Counted from the stretch's first letter, positions 1 to 9,130 are shown. The stretch is 64,000 bases of DNA from Dehalococcoidia bacterium (GCA_030740155.1 JASLXV010000025.1:32001-96000), one strand, 5' to 3'. Numbers and translations are program-made. The notes: generated from the sequence alone by a model not told the origin.

Positions 1-998
1 ACCAGGAAGCCCTCGTCCTGGTCCTCGAACTCATCCGGCCAGGACCGGCCCCCAAAGTGGTACCGGTTCCTCAACCGGCCCGCGGGTATCCGGACGTGCT
101 CGAAGAGATGGTTGATTACGTCGGCCCTGCTGAACCCGGAGGCGGCGATTTGCGCGGCGTGCTCCGGCCCCAGCACCACGACGGTGGTGGGTTGCCGCGC
201 CTGAAAGTAGTAGCCGGATATGCCGCCGGCGGTCATCGAGCCGACCAGGGTCTCTAGCACGCCCTCGCCGGTTTCCACGGTCCCTTCCACCATGGTATGG
301 ATGCCCCTGGCGGCCACCACGGTGACGGTGCTGACCTCGGGCGGATAGCCCATTGCCACGTGTAGCGGCTCCCAGGGGTTGCGCTCCTGGTTCTCGGTGA
401 AGCACATGGTGTACTTGCCAGGCCAGCCGTGGGTAGACTTCTCCATTGTTTCGGCGGTGGCCCCTCCGAGGTTTCGCATGGTCAGGCGAAGGGCCCGGCC
501 GATGGTGGCGTTGGCCCGGTGGCCCGAGCCGAAGACGGCGGTGCCGCCGTGGATCCCCAGCTTCTGGGCAATGGGGCCGCTGACGATCACCGCCGGGGCC
601 GCTCCCCCGGTAGTGGTGGTGATGGACCCCGCGTTGAACTGGGGCTGGAGCACGGCTTTCACCGCAGCCAGCACCACCGGGAAGTAGTCGGGCTTGCTGC
701 CGGCCATCACGGCGTTGATGGCCACCTTCTCCACGGTGACCATGCCGTTCAGCGGCGGTATCCGGCCCAGCACCTGCTTTCCGGGCAGCGGGCACGCCTC
801 CAGCATTTCCAGCACCAGGTCCTCGGTGGGTGGAATGACCGGCAGACCATCGGTCCAGCCTTTGTCGTAGAAGTAGTCGTTGATCTGGCTGACCGAGCCC
901 TCCACCTGCAAGCGGGTGGACTCCTGGCCCAACTCCGGCGCACCGGGATTCCCGTCGACGCTCCGAGGGCCCTGGGAGCGGCTGGAAGAGCTAGCCAT
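1..998 (-). CDS. Conserved uncharacterised protein, partner of the UGSC selenoprotein (3' end runs off window)
   Basis: Read manually: ATG at 998, open to the window edge (MASSSSRSQG...KGWTDGLPVIPPT...AINAVMAGSKPDYFPVV...GHRANATIGRALRL...PWEPLHV...VLGPEHA). Start overlaps the TAG of the upstream gene. Clear paralog at 42895-43935. Confidence 0.85.
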   Translation of the reverse strand, partial: MASSSSRSQGPRSVDGNPGAPELGQESTRLQVEGSVSQINDYFYDKGWTDGLPVIPPTEDLVLEMLEACPLPGKQVLGRIPPLNGMVTVEKVAINAVMAGSKPDYFPVVLAAVKAVLQPQFNAGSITTTTGGAAPAVIVSGPIAQKLGIHGGTAVFGSGHRANATIGRALRLTMRNLGGATAETMEKSTHGWPGKYTMCFTENQERNPWEPLHVAMGYPPEVSTVTVVAARGIHTMVEGTVETGEGVLETLVGSMTAGGISGYYFQARQPTTVVVLGPEHAAQIAASGFSRADVINHLFEHVRIPAGRLRNRYHFGGRSWPDEFEDQDEGFL

Positions 999-1551
999 TC
1001 TGGCGCTCCCAGGCTGGCAGTAGCAGGCTCTCGGTGATGCCCTCGATGCTGGTCTCGGCGATCTCCAGCATCTGGTCCGGTCTCATGCTGCCGGGAGTGC
1101 AGTTTAGCACCGCCACCGGGTGTTCCGGTAGGCCGAGGGCCCGGCCACGGAGTTCCGCTGCCTTGCTGAACACCTTGGTGATAACCGTAACCGCGGGCTT
1201 GCTTCGCTTTTCCGTTTCAATTCCGTCGTGGAGACCCCACGTTATGCAGGACCCTCAAAAAGCGATGGCGTGGATGATGGCGTCGCAGCTGGACGACATC
1301 TCATCCAATACCTCAGGGGGAGTGGGCAAACTCTGGCTGGCCTTTCGGTAGGTGACCAGCTTGGCCACACCGTAATCCTCCTGGAGCAGGCGGCCCAGCT
1401 CCATCAGGTAGGCGTCGACGTTCCGTTTCCGGTTGTCGATCAGGCCTATGGTCGAGCCTCGAAGCCCGGATAAGCGCGGCGCCAAACTGAGCTGCCGGGG
1501 TGCGCCTTCCGCCGCCGGGTGGAGTACCGTGGTCAGTTGTGTCGCCACCAT
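991..1551 (-). CDS. UGSC-family selenoprotein (UxxC motif, in-frame UGA at 1255-1257)
   Basis: ORFs 1255..1551 and 991..1173 share a frame. Junction reads HAIAF-TGA-GSCITWGLHDGIETEKRSKPAVTV. SD AGGAG/GAGG upstream of ATG 1551. Hairpin 13 nt after the UGA. Confidence 0.88.
1227..1241 (-). promoter_or_regulatory. SECIS-like hairpin of the UGSC gene
   Basis: CGTGG-GGTCT-CCACG stem-loop starting 13 nt downstream of the in-frame UGA, with G-containing apical loop. Confidence 0.65.
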
Positions 1552-1618
1552 CGTGCCTCACTCCTTTCTGGCCGTGGTCCGGCCATAGAAGGATTTGGTT
1601 TCCTGCCTTCGAGAGGCG

Positions 1619-1648
1619 AGTGTACCAACTGGGTAAGATGGGCGTCAA
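1619..1648 (-). promoter_or_regulatory. sigma70-type promoter for the UGSC operon
   Basis: TTGACG-N18-TACACT with TG extended -10. Confidence 0.55.
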
Positions 1649-1831
1649 TGGCGCCCAACCACTGGTATCGCGACTGGGGGCAACGGTGCGGGGGACACCG
1701 CGCGGCGTCAGGCTGCTCTGCATGGGGACCGCGCCCAGCCTGAGGTTTTTCCTGAGGTTCTTTAGGAGGGGTTCCCCTGACGCTTCGCCAAGAACTCCCC
1801 ACGACACTTGAGAGGATATTCAACCCCATTG

Positions 1832-3112
1832 CTACGCCGGATCGGTTGTGGCAGGAAGCGGCTCAGGGGCGGCATCTTCTTGTGGGAGCTTTCCAAAGAG
1901 GTCCATCTGGCCCGTGGCGGCTTCCGCCGGCGGCGGGGTTTGCGCCGGCGGCTGCGTGACCGCGACCGGCAACTCGCCCTGGTCAACCAGGGGCCGGAAA
2001 TGTTTGCTCAAGATCAACCCGCGGCCCTGGTACGATGATCCTCTCGACGTGCCGTACATCTTCTTGGGGGTCTCCAACATTCTCTCGAACGTGAGGGTGC
2101 AGATGGTCTGGCCGTGCTCGATCATGAACGGGACATCGTGGGCCCGGACTTCCATCACCGGTTGGACCCCGCGGGTGGCGCCGGTACCCACGAGTCCAAA
2201 GCCCGGGTCAAAGAAGCCCGCATAGTGGGTTCTCAATTCGCCGCTTGAAGGATCGATGGCAGTGAGTTCGGCCGCGTACTGGGGAGGAATGTTGATCCCT
2301 TCGGCGGAGGTTAGCAGGTAGAACTCTTCAGGCTCCAGTATCAAGCTACGAGTCGCGTCGGTGTGCACCGGCTCCCAATATTCACCGTGGTCATAATAGT
2401 GTTCCTGAGACAGATCCAGCAGGCTGCTGTTCTTCTTGGCCCGGTAACCGATGACGCCGTTGTGTCCCACAAGGTCCACGCCAAGGCTGACGGTGTTATC
2501 CATTCTCGGTTCACGGGGTTCCCCGGCGTGATCCGCATGGTGGAACAGAATGGGGTCCATGCGGTGCTTCCCAAGCAGCTCCCCACTTTCGCAGGCTGAA
2601 TCGCCTTTGAATAACCGCAACTGATTCAGCGACAATTCCGACCGAACCTTGATGGTAAAGGACCGCGACACGACCTCCAGATACAGCCGCCCGCTGTACC
2701 CCTCGGCGATGTCATCAAACCTATGGCTTCGGTCGGTAATCACGCGGGTGAATATGTCCAGCCGGCCCGTGGAGCTTTTGGGGTTGGCTTTGGCTCGAAT
2801 CCCCTTCGGAAGATTCAGTTCTTCGAGGAGAGGAATGAGGTACGGGCGGTTCTTCTCCAGAATGGCCCCATCGCGCAAGTCCAATGTTCCCATTTCGAGG
2901 CCGGGGAGCTTGTCTTCCACGCTCGTATCCGGGAGAAAACTACAACGCAAACGGTGTGCCGTCTCGCCCAACCTGAGGTCGAGGCTCGCCGGTTGGAAAT
3001 TCGTGTCGGGGATCTTGAAGCGCTCCGTATAGATCCAATCAGCGCCGACGGCTTGTCTAAGCAGCCGGTCGGACAATATCCCATCACGGGGGATCTTGTT
3101 TGTCTGGGCCAT
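1832..3112 (-). CDS. dcd: dCTP deaminase (long two-domain form)
   Basis: QPASLDLRLG, ANPKSSTGRLDIFTR, HYAGFFDPGFG, EVRAHDVPF, SSYQGRGL motifs. Confidence 0.9.
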   Translation of the reverse strand: MAQTNKIPRDGILSDRLLRQAVGADWIYTERFKIPDTNFQPASLDLRLGETAHRLRCSFLPDTSVEDKLPGLEMGTLDLRDGAILEKNRPYLIPLLEELNLPKGIRAKANPKSSTGRLDIFTRVITDRSHRFDDIAEGYSGRLYLEVVSRSFTIKVRSELSLNQLRLFKGDSACESGELLGKHRMDPILFHHADHAGEPREPRMDNTVSLGVDLVGHNGVIGYRAKKNSSLLDLSQEHYYDHGEYWEPVHTDATRSLILEPEEFYLLTSAEGINIPPQYAAELTAIDPSSGELRTHYAGFFDPGFGLVGTGATRGVQPVMEVRAHDVPFMIEHGQTICTLTFERMLETPKKMYGTSRGSSYQGRGLILSKHFRPLVDQGELPVAVTQPPAQTPPPAEAATGQMDLFGKLPQEDAAPEPLPATTDPA

Positions 3113-3277
3113 AAGCGCCTCAATTGGACTGTGGTCTGCCAGGGTGGATAATGCGCGGCCCGAAGGTCGCGCGGCACCACCGGCTCTCTGATATTCAGAA
3201 GGTCTTCTGCCATAGGGCTAATCGGGCCCCGAGGATGGTGACGGCACAAGGGGCAATAACAAGAGGGGCCGTAGAAT

Positions 3278-3313
3278 GAAAAGACCCCGTCGCCGCAGGG
3301 CAAACGGGTTCTC
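3278..3313 (-). terminator. Intrinsic terminator-like hairpin inside the dcd leader (attenuator candidate)
   Basis: ACCCGTTTGCC-CTGC-GGCGACGGGGT followed by CTTTTC, about 40 nt downstream of the -10 box. Confidence 0.45.
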
Positions 3314-3350
3314 TTGGTCTGGCAATGGCCGCCTCCCCGATTTAGTGGAA

Positions 3351-3379
3351 ATCGTACAGCCAAGGCCAGGCACTGTCAA
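3351..3379 (-). promoter_or_regulatory. sigma70 promoter upstream of dcd
   Basis: TTGACA-N17-TACGAT. Confidence 0.7.
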
Positions 3380-3519
3380 GGGCGGGTTGTCGGCGACTGC
3401 CCGCCTCCGGTTTGGTGACCGGTTCACGGCCGGTAGCGGTGATCTCGATCCGTCCCGGTCAAGGCAGCGTGTATCTGAAACGCTACCGGACAATGACCAG
3501 TTGCTTGCCGAGGAGCCGC

Positions 3520-4128
3520 CTACTTCTCCCTGGCTAGATACACTTCCAGCCCCTTGCGTACGAGGATGCGGCCCCGGTGGAGCCGGGACTTGAAGGCGGT
3601 TATCGAAAGCCCCAGTGTCTCCGCCGATTCCTCGGTGCTCAGACCTTGGACATCCCGCATCACCACGGTGGCGCGCAGCTCGGGAGTGAGCTTGGCTAGC
3701 TCCGACTCCACGACATCCCGCAGCTCCCCGCTGATCGCTGCCTGCTCCGGGTCGGCGGTCCAATCGTGGGCAATGTCGTCGTTGTAGCCCGTCTGGATCA
3801 TGTACTTGGCTCGGGATTTTTCCTTGCGTATCTTCATCAAGCAGGAGTTGACCACGATGCGGTAGAGCCAGGTCGAGACTTTGGACTCACCTTTGAAACG
3901 TGGAAATGCGCGATAGGCGGAGATAAAGGCCTCTTGCACCGCGTCTTCAGCATCCTCGACGTTGTGGAGCATGCGGTAGGCCACGTTGTAGGCGAAGTCC
4001 GCGTAATCCTCCACCACCCGGGAGAAAGCGCTTTCCATTGCGCTCCGGTCCTGATCCAGCCGCGCGGCCACCTTAGATGGGCCCCAGGAAACGAGTGGGA
4101 GTGCCGTTGGTGCTATCGAACTCAACAT
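3520..4128 (-). CDS. ECF (RpoE/SigW-like) RNA polymerase sigma factor
   Basis: Region 2 AEDAVQEAFI...FKGESKVSTWLYRIVVN and region 4 LGLSITAFKSRLHRGR. SD AAGGAG before ATG 4128. Confidence 0.9.
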   Translation of the reverse strand: MLSSIAPTALPLVSWGPSKVAARLDQDRSAMESAFSRVVEDYADFAYNVAYRMLHNVEDAEDAVQEAFISAYRAFPRFKGESKVSTWLYRIVVNSCLMKIRKEKSRAKYMIQTGYNDDIAHDWTADPEQAAISGELRDVVESELAKLTPELRATVVMRDVQGLSTEESAETLGLSITAFKSRLHRGRILVRKGLEVYLAREK

Positions 4129-4199
4129 CGTTGTTGACTCCTTGTGAAACTGTGCCAGCCTTTGGTGGGTGGGTGGGGTTTGGATAGCCGCGGCCAAAG

Positions 4200-4589
4200 T
4201 CAGCCGGCCGCTGGCATGCTTGAAGCCGATGGACGCGAGGCGATGCGCCGGATCTCGGCAAATAGCGTCATTGGCTCGCAGTCTTTGCACAGGTAGCCGT
4301 CGGACCCGGCGACTACGCCCGCCTCCAGGTACTCGGTGAACACGCTGAAAAACAGGACGCCGGCGTGGGGGTAGGCCTCTTTGAGAAGCCTGGTAGCCTC
4401 CACTCCGTCGAGCCGTGGCATCTGGGCATCCATGATAACCACGTCGGGATGAAGCTCCAATGCCCTCTCCAGCGCCTCCTGGCCGTCCTTGGCAGTGCCA
4501 ACCAAGTCAAAGTCGGATTGGGTCCGGATAAGACACGACAGGCCATCCATGACGTGGGGGCAATCTTCTGCGATTAGAACTCGGATCAT
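4200..4589 (-). CDS. Stand-alone response regulator receiver domain protein
   Basis: IRVLIAED, PDVVIMDAQMPRLDG, GYLCKD; no output domain. Confidence 0.85.
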   Translation of the reverse strand: MIRVLIAEDCPHVMDGLSCLIRTQSDFDLVGTAKDGQEALERALELHPDVVIMDAQMPRLDGVEATRLLKEAYPHAGVLFFSVFTEYLEAGVVAGSDGYLCKDCEPMTLFAEIRRIASRPSASSMPAAG

Positions 4590-4704
4590 ATGATTTCCTT
4601 CCTCGGAACCCGGGCCTCGGAACCCCGTTGGTTGATCTCTACTATTCGATGTTACCTTCTCGCCCTTGGCCGGACATCCACCAGCCCATTGAATCCAAAC
4701 AGAA

Positions 4705-4738
4705 AAGAGGTTGATACATCGATCAACCTCTTGGTGGA
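4705..4738. promoter_or_regulatory. Inverted repeat: terminator and/or LuxR/NarL-type operator
   Basis: Perfect AAGAGGTTGAT-N6-ATCAACCTCTT palindrome, overlapped by TCAACC-N4-GGTGGA. Confidence 0.45.
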
Positions 4739-4761
4739 CAAAGCGTCGTCTCGGCGGCCGG

Positions 4762-5433
4762 TTACAACTCGATTATCTTCCTCTTCGCTCCTTCAGCCAC
4801 CGCTTCCGTCCGGCCGCTGACTCCCAGTTTGTTGAAGATGCGGACGATGTGGGTCTTGACGGTGCTCTGCCCGATGTTGAGACGGCTGGCTATCTCTTTG
4901 TTGGCGGCCCCGGTAGCCATTATCTGGAGTACTTCCACCTCGCGCGCCGAGAGGGACCCCTCCGAGGGAGCGGCGTTGCGGGAGAGCTGGCTCAGCCGGT
5001 CCAGGAGCCTGCTGGCCACCCGGGGCTGGATCAGCGACTCCCCCTGGTAAACCGCCCTGATGGCTTTTAGCACCTCTTCGGGAGGCGAGTCCTTGAGAAG
5101 ATAGCCCCTGGCGCCGGCCTCGATGCCGCGGAAGATGTAGTCATCCGTGTCGTAGGTCGTCAGGATGATGATGCCGGTTTCCAGGGCTGCATTCTTGATC
5201 TCGATAATGGCGGCGACGCCGTCCATCTCGGGCATCTGCAAGTCCATCAAGATAACGTCGGGCAAAAGTTCGAAGGCCTTGGCAACCGCTTCCCGGCCGT
5301 TGGCGGCCTGAGCGACTACTTCCAGGTCGGCTTCCTGGTCCAAGACGGCCGCCAGTCCCTGCCGAACGATGGGGTGGTCGTCCGCGATTAAGATTCTGAT
5401 GGGCTTTTCCCCAGTTGATTGATTCGTCATCAC
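4762..5433 (-). CDS. NarL/LuxR-family DNA-binding response regulator
   Basis: ILIADDHPIVRQGL receiver plus LSAREVEVL...NKEIA...TVKTHIVRIFNKLGV HTH. Confidence 0.93.
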   Translation of the reverse strand: MMTNQSTGEKPIRILIADDHPIVRQGLAAVLDQEADLEVVAQAANGREAVAKAFELLPDVILMDLQMPEMDGVAAIIEIKNAALETGIIILTTYDTDDYIFRGIEAGARGYLLKDSPPEEVLKAIRAVYQGESLIQPRVASRLLDRLSQLSRNAAPSEGSLSAREVEVLQIMATGAANKEIASRLNIGQSTVKTHIVRIFNKLGVSGRTEAVAEGAKRKIIEL

Positions 5434-5436
5434 TCG

Positions 5437-6582
5437 CTATTTCAGCGGCAATTCCGCCCTCACCACGGTGCCCCGGCCGATGGCACTCTCCACTGTCAGT
5501 TCTCCCCCCAGCAGCTGGGCCCTCTCTCGCATGCTGACCAGCCCAAAGCCGCCGCTTTCCCGGTCCCACCGCTTCGGGATAACCGGATCGAAGCCGACAC
5601 CGTCGTCCTCCACTTTCAAATGCGCTCTGGCGTCAGCGAACCCAATTGTCACCGCCACCCGGCCGGCGTTGGCATGTTTGAGGATGTTGGCCAGTGCCTC
5701 CTGACAGATGCGGAGGAGGGATGCCTCCACCCCGCCGGGCAGTACCCGGCTCTTCCCCTCCACGTTGAAAGAGGTCTGGATACGGTCGCCGGCGGCCTTG
5801 TCGGTCTCCTGCCGGAGCGCTCCGACCAGGGACTGGCCCTTCAACGGGCCGCTTCGCAGGTCATACACCGACCGGCGGGCCTCCTGCAAGCTATCTCTGG
5901 CCAGGTCGCGGATTCGTTTCAAGCTCTCCAATGCTTGTTCCCCGCCGGCCTCGGCCTGTCCTTCCGCGGCGTTGAGCTGCCAGATTATCGCCGTGAGCCC
6001 CTGGGCCAGGGAATCGTGAATCTCGCGGACCAGACGGTTCCGTTCCTCCACCACCGCTAGCTGTCGCTGCGCCTGCTCCGCTTGCCTCCGTTCCGTGATG
6101 TCCTGGATCATGGCGATGATCCGCGTCTGTCCGGCAACTTCGATTGTCGAGGCGGAGATCTCCGAGGGCACCAGGTGCCCTCCCTTGGCAAGGCAGCTAA
6201 GCTCGTTGGTCCACCCACTCCCGTCCCGGAAAACCGACTCGGCGAAGGTCTGGAGTTTGGGCATTTCGTGGGGGTGAATCGCCGAAATGGCTAGGGACAG
6301 CAGTTCCTCTCTGGAATAACCCAGCATGGCGCAAGCCCTGGGATTCGCGTCGACGATAGAGTCCCGCACCGGGTCCATTACGAATATCGCGTCATTCGAG
6401 TGTTCGAAAATCTTGCGGTAGAGTTCTTCGGCCGGCCCGGGGGAATTTTCAGGCGCCTTCACCACCCGATTGGTTTTGCCCTCATTCGGGTCGGCCCGGC
6501 GCATCGGTGTAATTTGCTTCATGGGCCTCTCGCGGATCCTTGTCCAGGTTGCGGTTTCGGGCCGGCGCCCAGCCGTCGTCAT
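5437..6582 (-). CDS. PAS-domain sensor histidine kinase (HisKA_3); start uncertain (6582 or 6522)
   Basis: PAS (IFEHSNDAIFV...ANPRACAMLGYSREELL), ERNRLVREIHDSLAQ H-box, EALANILKHA, DDGVGFD, GFGLVSMRER. No transmembrane segment. Confidence 0.9.
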   Translation of the reverse strand: MTTAGRRPETATWTRIRERPMKQITPMRRADPNEGKTNRVVKAPENSPGPAEELYRKIFEHSNDAIFVMDPVRDSIVDANPRACAMLGYSREELLSLAISAIHPHEMPKLQTFAESVFRDGSGWTNELSCLAKGGHLVPSEISASTIEVAGQTRIIAMIQDITERRQAEQAQRQLAVVEERNRLVREIHDSLAQGLTAIIWQLNAAEGQAEAGGEQALESLKRIRDLARDSLQEARRSVYDLRSGPLKGQSLVGALRQETDKAAGDRIQTSFNVEGKSRVLPGGVEASLLRICQEALANILKHANAGRVAVTIGFADARAHLKVEDDGVGFDPVIPKRWDRESGGFGLVSMRERAQLLGGELTVESAIGRGTVVRAELPLK

Positions 6583-6785
6583 GGCTCCACCGGCTTGCAG
6601 GGCGCCCGCGCCAGCATGACCCGGCGTGTCCAACGGAAACATCCGGTGGGAATCGATATTGAATACAATATTATAGTTGACTTAGGGACAGGAAACAACG
6701 AACCATGTCCGATGGCGTCCGAGGCCCGTGCTTTGCTCCGGCCTTCCCGTGAAGGACCCGCTGCAGCGCCCCGTCCAGGCCATGT

Positions 6786-7541
6786 TTATTGGGCCGTGGT
6801 GCCCCCGTCGATTACCAACTCGGCGCCGGTGACGAACGACGACTCGTCGGAGGCCAGATAGAGGACCCCGTAGGCGATGTCTTCGGGCGTCCCCACCCTG
6901 CCCATGGGCAACCGCCGCATCCGTTGTTCCAATTTTTCAGGATCGTTAATGGTGTCCCGAATCATGGGCGTGTCGATCGGCCCGGGATGGACGGAGTTGC
7001 ACCTGATGTTGTCTTTGGCGTGCTGTATAGCAGTGGACTTGGTGAAGAGGCGGACCGCCCCCTTAGTGGCGGTGTAGCCGGCGCCGCCCTGGGGGCTGGC
7101 CACCAGCCCCGCGGTGGAAGAGATGTTGACGATGGAGCCCCCGCCGGCCTGTCGCATGGCGGGGATGGCTTCTTTGGTGCCCAGGAACACCCCCTTGGCG
7201 TTTACGGCCATAATGCGGTCCCATTCCTCTTCGGTGGTGTCCTCGATGCTCTTGCGGATGAGAATCCCGGCGTTGTTCACCAGGACATTCAGCTTGCCGT
7301 AGCGGCCGATCGCGGTTTCGACGGCCGCCCGCCAGTCGGCCGCACGGGTCACGTCCAGGTGAACGTAGATGGCTTCGTTGCCCGCCTCCAGAATCTCCGC
7401 CTCCACCCTCTTGCCTTCGTCGTCCAGCAAGTCTCCGAAGACCACCTTGGCGCCCTCTTTGGCCATCATCTTGGCTTCGACGGCCCCCTGCCCCCTGGCC
7501 CCGCCGCTGATCAGCACTACCTTTCCTTCCAGTCTGCCCAT
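6786..7541 (-). CDS. SDR family oxidoreductase (3alpha,20beta-HSDH/glucose dehydrogenase-like)
   Basis: SGGARGQG, NNAG, YTATK, NSVHPG. Confidence 0.92.
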   Translation of the reverse strand: MGRLEGKVVLISGGARGQGAVEAKMMAKEGAKVVFGDLLDDEGKRVEAEILEAGNEAIYVHLDVTRAADWRAAVETAIGRYGKLNVLVNNAGILIRKSIEDTTEEEWDRIMAVNAKGVFLGTKEAIPAMRQAGGGSIVNISSTAGLVASPQGGAGYTATKGAVRLFTKSTAIQHAKDNIRCNSVHPGPIDTPMIRDTINDPEKLEQRMRRLPMGRVGTPEDIAYGVLYLASDESSFVTGAELVIDGGTTAQ

Positions 7542-7817
7542 TCGTACCTCCGTCTCCGTGCGCCCCATCCACGTGGACGTGCCGCGCTACTTCCACACGT
7601 GTTACCGCCATTCCAGTTGGGAAAGGCGGATCGGTGCCCTGTCTACCCGACGGGGTTTGCCTTGCTCGCCCGGCCGGAGTGATTCTCCAAATGTTTCCAG
7701 CGTGGATAGGCTGGCGACGGTAGGCTTGCTATCGACAGCCGGCCGGACCGGCCTTTACCGGCAAGGTCCGATATATACAAGGGCCGCCGCCGGTCACCAC
7801 CGCGTAGACCGGCCCGG

Positions 7818-8246
7818 CTAGCCCGATGCCGCGGTCCCTCCAGTCTGTTGGCCGCCGAACCGGCGGCGATGCACCCGGAGGGTTCAATCGTCCATGACCA
7901 CCGGGATGCCGGCCCGCTCGGCTTTGGCCGCCCCTTCGTGATCGATGACGCCGTCTTGCAGCCAGATGTACTTGACGCCCACCTCAATGGCCTCGTCAAT
8001 CACCGGGGGCACAAGTTCGGACCGCCGGAAAACATCTACCATGTCGATGGGCACCGGGACCGATTTCAGGTCCGGGTAGCTCTTCTCACCGAGGGCCTCC
8101 TCGATCATGGGGTTCACCGGGATGATGCGGTACCCCTGGTCCTGCATGTACTTGGACACCCGGTAGCTGGTCCGCTCCGGGTTGCCGGACAGGCCCACGA
8201 CGGCGATGGTCTTGCTGTTGCGCAGCTGTTCCTCGACCAGATCCAT
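7818..8246 (-). CDS. CoA-binding protein (YccU/CoA_binding_2), probable selenoprotein with UGA at 7884-7886
   Basis: TIAVVGLS...GYRIIPVNP...DMVDVFR...IWLQDG...VVMDD-TGA-TLRVHRRRFGG...TAG. The UGA falls at the Cys of the family VxDRC motif and a hairpin follows. SD GGAGGT. Confidence 0.8.
7851..7867 (-). promoter_or_regulatory. SECIS-like hairpin of the CoA-binding gene
   Basis: GCCGCC-GGTTC-GGCGGC, 16 nt after the UGA; loop resembles GGTCT of the UGSC hairpin. Confidence 0.6.
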
Positions 8247-8310
8247 GGCTACCTCCCTCTCAATGTGGTTTCCAGCGGCGTTCGCCGGCCGCCGGCATAG
8301 GGACTCCTGG

Positions 8311-9057
8311 CTAGCCGGTAACCGAGATGCCACCGAAATTCAAGGTTCCGGTGATGGTGAGCACACCCGTGGCTTCTCCCGGAGCGGGTTGTTGGCGCTT
8401 GAGCAGCGCCTCTCCAGCCACCGGGGACACTTCAAGGTTGACGGTCCAGCCGGGGGGCACTCGTATATCAAGTCCGCCGAAGAAAACGGTCACCTCGAGG
8501 GTCGCCTTATCCCCCGCGAGCCTGGCTCCGGTTAAGTCCAACTCGACACCGCCGAAAATGGCCGTTGCCTGTAGGAACTTGAACTCTTGGGACGTGACGC
8601 GCTCTTCGGCGCCCGAGAAGAAGGCCCTCACCGCATTATCCCCGGAACCATGGCTCCGGGCCCGTCGGCCCTCTGAAATGAGATTCGAGATTCTTCGGAC
8701 GCCGGTTCTCCGGCGCCACCCGCGGCGTCCGCCGGTGAACCCGCGGAGCAGCAATACCGCGCCCGGCACTATCACGAAGACGGGCCAAAACTCTCCAACA
8801 CTCCAGGAAACGGCGTCTAGCTCTATGAGCAAGAACAAGATTCCGAGGGTCAGGACGATCAGTGGCATTAGCCTGAACTGGAAGCCACGAGCGCCCAGCC
8901 GCCACAGCCCCGCCGCAATGAGCAGCACCGGCCAGTAGGTCCCGAAAACGGAGGTATCTTCACCCAGGGCGTCGGTGGTATCCATCAGGAGCATAACGCC
9001 GATGCTGAGCAGCATCAGGCCGATGAAGGCGCTACTGGAAAGCCATGGGTAGCTCAT
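8311..9057 (-). CDS. LiaF-like cell-wall stress membrane protein
   Basis: Four hydrophobic helices with WP motifs, then AIFGGVELDL...FFGGLDIRVP...NFGGISV beta domain. Confidence 0.75.
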   Translation of the reverse strand: MSYPWLSSSAFIGLMLLSIGVMLLMDTTDALGEDTSVFGTYWPVLLIAAGLWRLGARGFQFRLMPLIVLTLGILFLLIELDAVSWSVGEFWPVFVIVPGAVLLLRGFTGGRRGWRRRTGVRRISNLISEGRRARSHGSGDNAVRAFFSGAEERVTSQEFKFLQATAIFGGVELDLTGARLAGDKATLEVTVFFGGLDIRVPPGWTVNLEVSPVAGEALLKRQQPAPGEATGVLTITGTLNFGGISVTG

Positions 9058-9130
9058 TTCGGCACCCCCTGGGCACCCGCTGCCTCCCGGAGGGATGGCT
9101 TGCGGCGGGTTAAAGGCTCTCTTCTATTCT

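Noticed and set aside
1739..1766. AACCTCAGG direct repeat upstream of the UGSC promoter
   Set aside because: Only two short copies far from the promoter; cannot be distinguished from chance.
3290..3380. SAM-II riboswitch or PyrR site near dcd
   Set aside because: Consensus and pseudoknot pairing are not recoverable; the sequence is better explained as promoter plus hairpin.
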